DNA of 63,634 nt, filler included, from Folioceros fuciformis (Eukaryota), in assembly GCA_049999805.1 (NCBI GenBank). It is 9 parts of 9 records of this genome, joined end to end, with 100 filler letters (N's around TTAATTAATTAA, not from the genome) between each part and the next. Parts side by side here need not be neighbours in the genome. Positions count along the whole stretch, not along the records: positions 55,846 to 60,661 come from JBNGIO010006478.1; positions 60,762 to 63,634 come from JBNGIO010006496.1; 7 more parts are not named here. One strand, 5' to 3'. The notes under the pieces are model-generated. The model was not told where the DNA came from. It saw only the letters and a program-made list of their open reading frames with translations, and did no database searches. Of this stretch, positions 58,844-63,634 are shown in pieces (the stretch's first letter is position 1; the number at the start of each line of letters is the position of its first letter). Position numbers and translations under genes: made by a program.

Positions 58844-59945
58844 GCATCTTATGTTTAACACACTTTACGCCAGGCTACTGTATCCGTTGTTGCCGACGGC
58901 CAACAGGAGAAGGCGGGCGCGTAGCGTTGGGGACGGCGGGGCTGCATCCGGAGGGAGACGGGGGAGACATGGCGGTGGACGAGGTAGCGGGAGGCACAAG
59001 GAGTCCTGGGAGAGCACACGGACGAGAGATGATACGAGACGTTGCAGGAGGATGAGCAAGGCAGGCTGCGGCCGATGGACGTTTCGGAGCAGCAGCGAGA
59101 GCAACGGCGCCGCTGCACTCCATCGCCGCGCCGCATGTGCATCGGGTTATCATCCACTACCTCTGTGGTAGACGGCCGCGTAGGCGGACTTCGACCCAGC
59201 CGCATGGCCCTGGCCGTGAAGTGCGTGGAGCGGGACGTCTTTCGACCAGAACACGCTGAGGTATCTGAGGATGATTAGATGAGGAACGGCCCGGCAGAGC
59301 GGAGTGGCACTGAGAATTCGGGAGACGTCATCACCTCTGGCCACCGGGAACAGCTGCTGGTATTGTCTGCGCTCAGTTCCTGTCACCTCGGGGACATCAT
59401 GCACTCCGCAACAAGTGCCAGTAGGCCCACGTCCGATTTTCTGTTTTCTGTGGTCAGTCTGTCCGCCGACATGTTGGTGTGTGAAACAGCTGGAGCTGTG
59501 CGAGCGCACGGGCGGAACGTGCTCGGTGGCATAAGCATCGAATGGGTTTCCAAGCTCTCATCTTGGCGAACTGCGTGAGAACCTGTGTTCCTCGATGGTG
59601 ACGGGGAGTTGGGCATGGTGTTGCAGTGACATGCGGGAGCTAGTTTTCAAGCATGCACCCCCGCTGCCGGTTGTATCCAAGTCGGCAGTAGCCCGTCTGG
59701 TGAGCATGAAATTCCTGCAGAGAGCAGCGCAATCTCTCCCAAACCCTGTGGTAGGGAGAGATTCAGACAGATTGACAGCATCCACCGACTACCCACAAGG
59801 GAAGANNNNNNNNNNAAATGTATTATAGAAACACAACTGCATTGCCGCCTTTGCCCTTCACAGGCGACAGTGATCAACGGCAACAGCGAAGCCAAACGTT
59901 GCTACTTGCTACGTTCTGCAACAAGGCCGCACGCAGGCAGGCACA

Positions 59946-60467
59946 TCACGAGTGAATATCGAGCGTGATCTCAACGAAGTAAGACCTCGTTGACGATTGG
60001 GCAACCCGTTCGATCAAGGCGTATCCGCTCGCAAAGCGGAAGTCGCCAGTGCCGCCGATGACAGGCAACTCGTGCACCGAATCCGCGCTGTCCCAGAGGC
60101 CGGAGATTTGGAGGGAGCTGCCGGAGTACTGGCTCAGCGTGGTGAAGGACACAGTGAACTCCTCCAGAAAGGTCTGGCTGCCCGGGGTATTAGAGTTGGC
60201 CACGAACAAGCCCCGCGCCTTGCCCAGGAGGGTGCTGTCCACGGTGGCCCCGCCGGTGATAGGGTACTCAAAGACGGTACCCTGGCCGAAGTTCGACACT
60301 GTGTCCCCGCCCTCGAGGACCGATCCGAACACCGGCGTGGAGTCCGTGAAGTGCAACCAGAATCCCACCGCTTCCTTGGTCGCCGCAGCTTCACTCGCCA
60401 TCGCCAGCGCCAGAAACAGCAGCACCGCCAGGATTCGCCTCTCCAGCCTCGCCTTCGCCTTCGCCAT
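59946..60467 (-). CDS. dirigent-like protein, inverted paralogue
   Basis: Same motifs as 56037-56555 (ELPVIGGTGDFRFASGYA). Confidence 0.88.
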   Translation of the reverse strand: MAKAKARLERRILAVLLFLALAMASEAAATKEAVGFWLHFTDSTPVFGSVLEGGDTVSNFGQGTVFEYPITGGATVDSTLLGKARGLFVANSNTPGSQTFLEEFTVSFTTLSQYSGSSLQISGLWDSADSVHELPVIGGTGDFRFASGYALIERVAQSSTRSYFVEITLDIHS

Positions 60468-60761
60468 CGCTATCGCCTTTGCTGTGCTCCGGAGACAGAC
60501 ACCTCGCCAATGCTCTCCCCCTCCCGAGCTCAGGCCTCCCCTTTTCTTACACACGCTGCAATAATGCGCCACTCAATCATCCATCCGCCACCGCCCTTTT
60601 CGTACACACGCTCAAATAATGCGCCAGGCGATCCTCATCCACCACCGCCGTGCTAGCTATCNNNNNNNNNNNNNNNNNNNNNNNNNNNNNNNNNNNNNNN
60701 NNNNNTTAATTAATTAANNNNNNNNNNNNNNNNNNNNNNNNNNNNNNNNNNNNNNNNNNNN

Positions 60762-61271
60762 GGCAGGGTAAGCAGTGACAGGCTCCTGGTGCTTCCAGCC
60801 CTGTTGCTGTTGATGTTGCTGGTACTGGCCATAAGGGCTAGGACTGGCCTGGCCCCTCACCTGCCTCGTCTCCCCGGGCTTCACACTAATCGAGATCACA
60901 CCCTGAGACCTCCCCGACGGCCGCCGGAGCTGGTACGACATGTACTGCTCCTCCCCGTTCCTGTTCCCCTTGAGAATCTCCTTTAGCGGGATCTTGGCAG
61001 TCCCGATTATGGAACGACCAAAGGTCCCGTTGTGGTACACCACAATCGTAAGAAAGCCGGTGGAATCATCGTGAAACTTACTCTCCTCCACCGTGAGGAA
61101 GATTTTGTCGTTCCAGATGGGATTCCGACCTCCCTCCTTGCACGCTTTCGTGCTCTCCTTGTGGTAAGGGTTGATCCACGCCACGGCGTAAGGGTTCATC
61201 TTCCCCGTCCATTTCACTTGCTTCAACTCCTCTGCCGACAGGACGTCGAGGTCCATCGGCCTCTCCTCCAT
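60762..61271 (-). CDS. SRC2/BAP-like C2-domain protein, 3'-truncated by the contig end
   Basis: LDVLSAEELK...MNPYAVAWI...GGRNPIWND...IGTAKIPL...SYQLRRPSGRSQG, then a Q/P/Y-rich tail EPVTAYPA. Confidence 0.9.
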
Positions 61272-62578
61272 CGTAGCCAGCCTCTCCGACAGCGAACTGC
61301 TAGCCTCTGCACTTCTACTCCGGCGTCTGCTGCGAGTGCTTCAGAACTTCTCCTCCGGCGGCTGCTGCGAGCTCTTCACAACTTCTACTCCGGCGTCTGT
61401 ATCGAGCCCTTCAGAACAACTCAACTCGCCTCAGGTGCTTAAATGCTGCGAGTAGGTTGATTGCCTGATAAATTGCCTCAACGCCACATATATACATCGA
61501 TTGTTACGCGCAACGAGACAGCCTGTATTGACAGCTTTCAAGGGAGCAAGCATGCGAGGACACTCAGCTATTCACGAAATGCTCTTCTCCTTGCCATTGC
61601 GCGGGATCCTTCAGTCGGATTCAGCGCGTTAGCGAACCTTGCGAGGCAGCTTCCCGCACATGTCGCCTGTACACAACTTGCCGTTATGTACAGGCGACAC
61701 GCATCTTCCCTAAGCTGCGAAACTCCCGGGCTTTGAAGGCCAAATAAAAGTTTAAGAAAACGTCCAAATAATCTGAATTCTTTGTTAAAAATTGAGGCAT
61801 CTATATTTTATAAAAATCAAATGATTAAAAAAATTGTACGTGTTACGACGAGCTTCCCGCTCACGTTGCGTCATGCACGAGGTTTGACGAGAGAGGTAGC
61901 AGCTGCTGGCGGAGGCCCGTGTTAGACTATGTGTCCCTTTCGGATTTCGGCACGGGACGGAGGTGGGGGTCGGATTCCTACGCACAGTTCTTGTAGCTTG
62001 CTTCTTTCATCTACGATGCTTGGGTGTTTGATCTGAAACGTTTCCAGCGTCCATGTTTTCGATGACGAAGTCTTTGGAAGTTTGGGACACTTTAAATGGT
62101 AATGGATCTAAGTGATCTTGTAGGTTCCATGTGCTGACGTGAGGGCGCCATGGTGGTGATCAAGGAGGAGTTCCATTGTGTCGGGATGGGGATAAGGTTC
62201 ACGTCAGGGGTCTATTGGCGGATGCAAGAGATGATTCCGCGAATGCTTATAGAGTTGAGGAAGCCGGAGCTCCTTAAAGAAGCGAAGCCCACTGCACACG
62301 CAAAGTGAGGGATGCTGTGAGAGCACAGTAGCGATGAGGAGCAGTGACAAAAGAGGCACAACGGTTAAAAGGAGGCTGAGGCAGTGTAACAATGAGAGAG
62401 GTACAGCATGATCGAGGTGTGTCTTTGCACCCCTTAAATACTATGGAGCACGGTGCGCACTGTCCTGCAAATCCCGGAGCACGTCTATATGTGGTATCCT
62501 CCCTAAACTTCAGCTGGTGAATTGCACCATGATTGAGGGTGTCATCGGCTACTGGAAAATCTCCTCCAACACTCCCAC

Positions 62579-63634
62579 TCAGTGCAGATGATGAAGTGCG
62601 TGAGTGTCATTGCCCAAACATGCGTGACACCCGGTCAGTGGTTTGCCTCTTGTGAGGCGCAGGGCTGTCCTCAACGTGCCATGATGCTCTTTCCCAAGGC
62701 CCTTTGTGAGGATATCGGCTAACATGTTTTCGGTGCTGCAAAACGTCAGCTCCACCTCTGTCCCGAGGTGCTCCCAGATGAAGTGAAATCGGATGTCAAT
62801 ATGTTTGGCTCTCTTGTGATGTTCCGGATTTTTTGCCAAGGCAATACTGCTCTGGTTGTCGGTGTAGATGATTTTGGCCCCTTCTCTATCATAGCCCAAA
62901 CTTCCCAGCAAGTACCTAAGCCATATGGCTTCCTTGGTTGCCTCCGCAAGTGCCATGTACTCCGATTCTGTTGTGGAGGTGGCCACACATGGCTGCCTAG
63001 TGGATGACCAGCTCACGGACGAGCCTCCTAGCAGGAACACCATACCAGTGGTTGAGCGGCGGTCGTCCAAGCTCCCTCCATAGTCTGCATCACTGTAACC
63101 CTCTAGAGTTGTGGGTTGGGAATTTGCTTGCCTTCCACCAAGGCATAGGCTATACTCCTTGGTCCCTTGCAAGTAGCGAAGGATCCTCTTGACACAAGTC
63201 CAATGCTGCGTCCTGGGGTTTGCCGAGAACTTGGCCACTAGTCGTACTGCGTAAGCGATGTCATGTCTCATCTTTAGGGCGTACAAGAGTTTCCCCACCG
63301 CCTTTTCGTAGAGTGGCTTGAAGATGGTGTCTCCTTCAGCCTTGTTGCCCTCGGCCTTTTGCACCAGTCGTGTTCCCAACTCGAGTGGTGTTGTCACTGC
63401 CTTACAGTCTGCCATGTGAAGCTCCTCCAAAGTTTTCTTGATGTATGTGCTCTGGTCCAGCGACAACATCCTGTTTGGTTGATTGCGGGTGATCCTCACT
63501 CGTACTATGAAATCGGCTTCTCCAAGATCAGCCATCTCGAACGCTTGGCACAGCTCCCACTTAACCGAGTGCATCAAGGTAAGGGAATTGCTGATTATCA
63601 GTAGATCGTCAACGTATACGGCAATTTACACCTG
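62579..63634 (-). mobile_element. Ty1/copia RT C-terminus and RNase H. PPT at 62572-62580, 3' LTR starts at 62571 (TGTTGG, other end not resolved).
   Basis: YVDD near 63610, SDADYGG, TESEY, TDNQS, ADILTK. Confidence 0.92.

Overview
Eukaryotic land-plant DNA, probably from a non-seed plant (inference only), dominated by transposable elements. The window is a concatenation of short contigs joined by eight artificial 100-bp linkers (44 N + TTAATTAATTAA + 44 N), so adjacency across linkers is not biological. It holds about eight full or partial copies of one Ty1/copia lineage, a separate Tork/Tnt1-like copia, a non-chromovirus Ty3/gypsy with a tRNA-Asp PBS, gypsy and L1-LINE remnants, and a non-autonomous MULE-like element with TIRs and a 9-bp TSD. 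Host-type sequence comprises an intact, intronless ~1550-aa coiled-coil/repeat ORF, an inverted pair of dirigent-like genes enclosing an NAD-isocitrate dehydrogenase pseudogene, and an SRC2-like C2-domain gene. The most notable signal is that the dominant copia lineage looks 'complex'. Five copies carry one to three extra sense ORFs between PBS and gag (small amphipathic ORF, Myb/SANT-like ORF, CxxC + coiled-coil ORF). Two copies also have an antisense transmembrane ORF between RNase H and the PPT and LTRs that start with TA, and the primer-binding site varies between copies.
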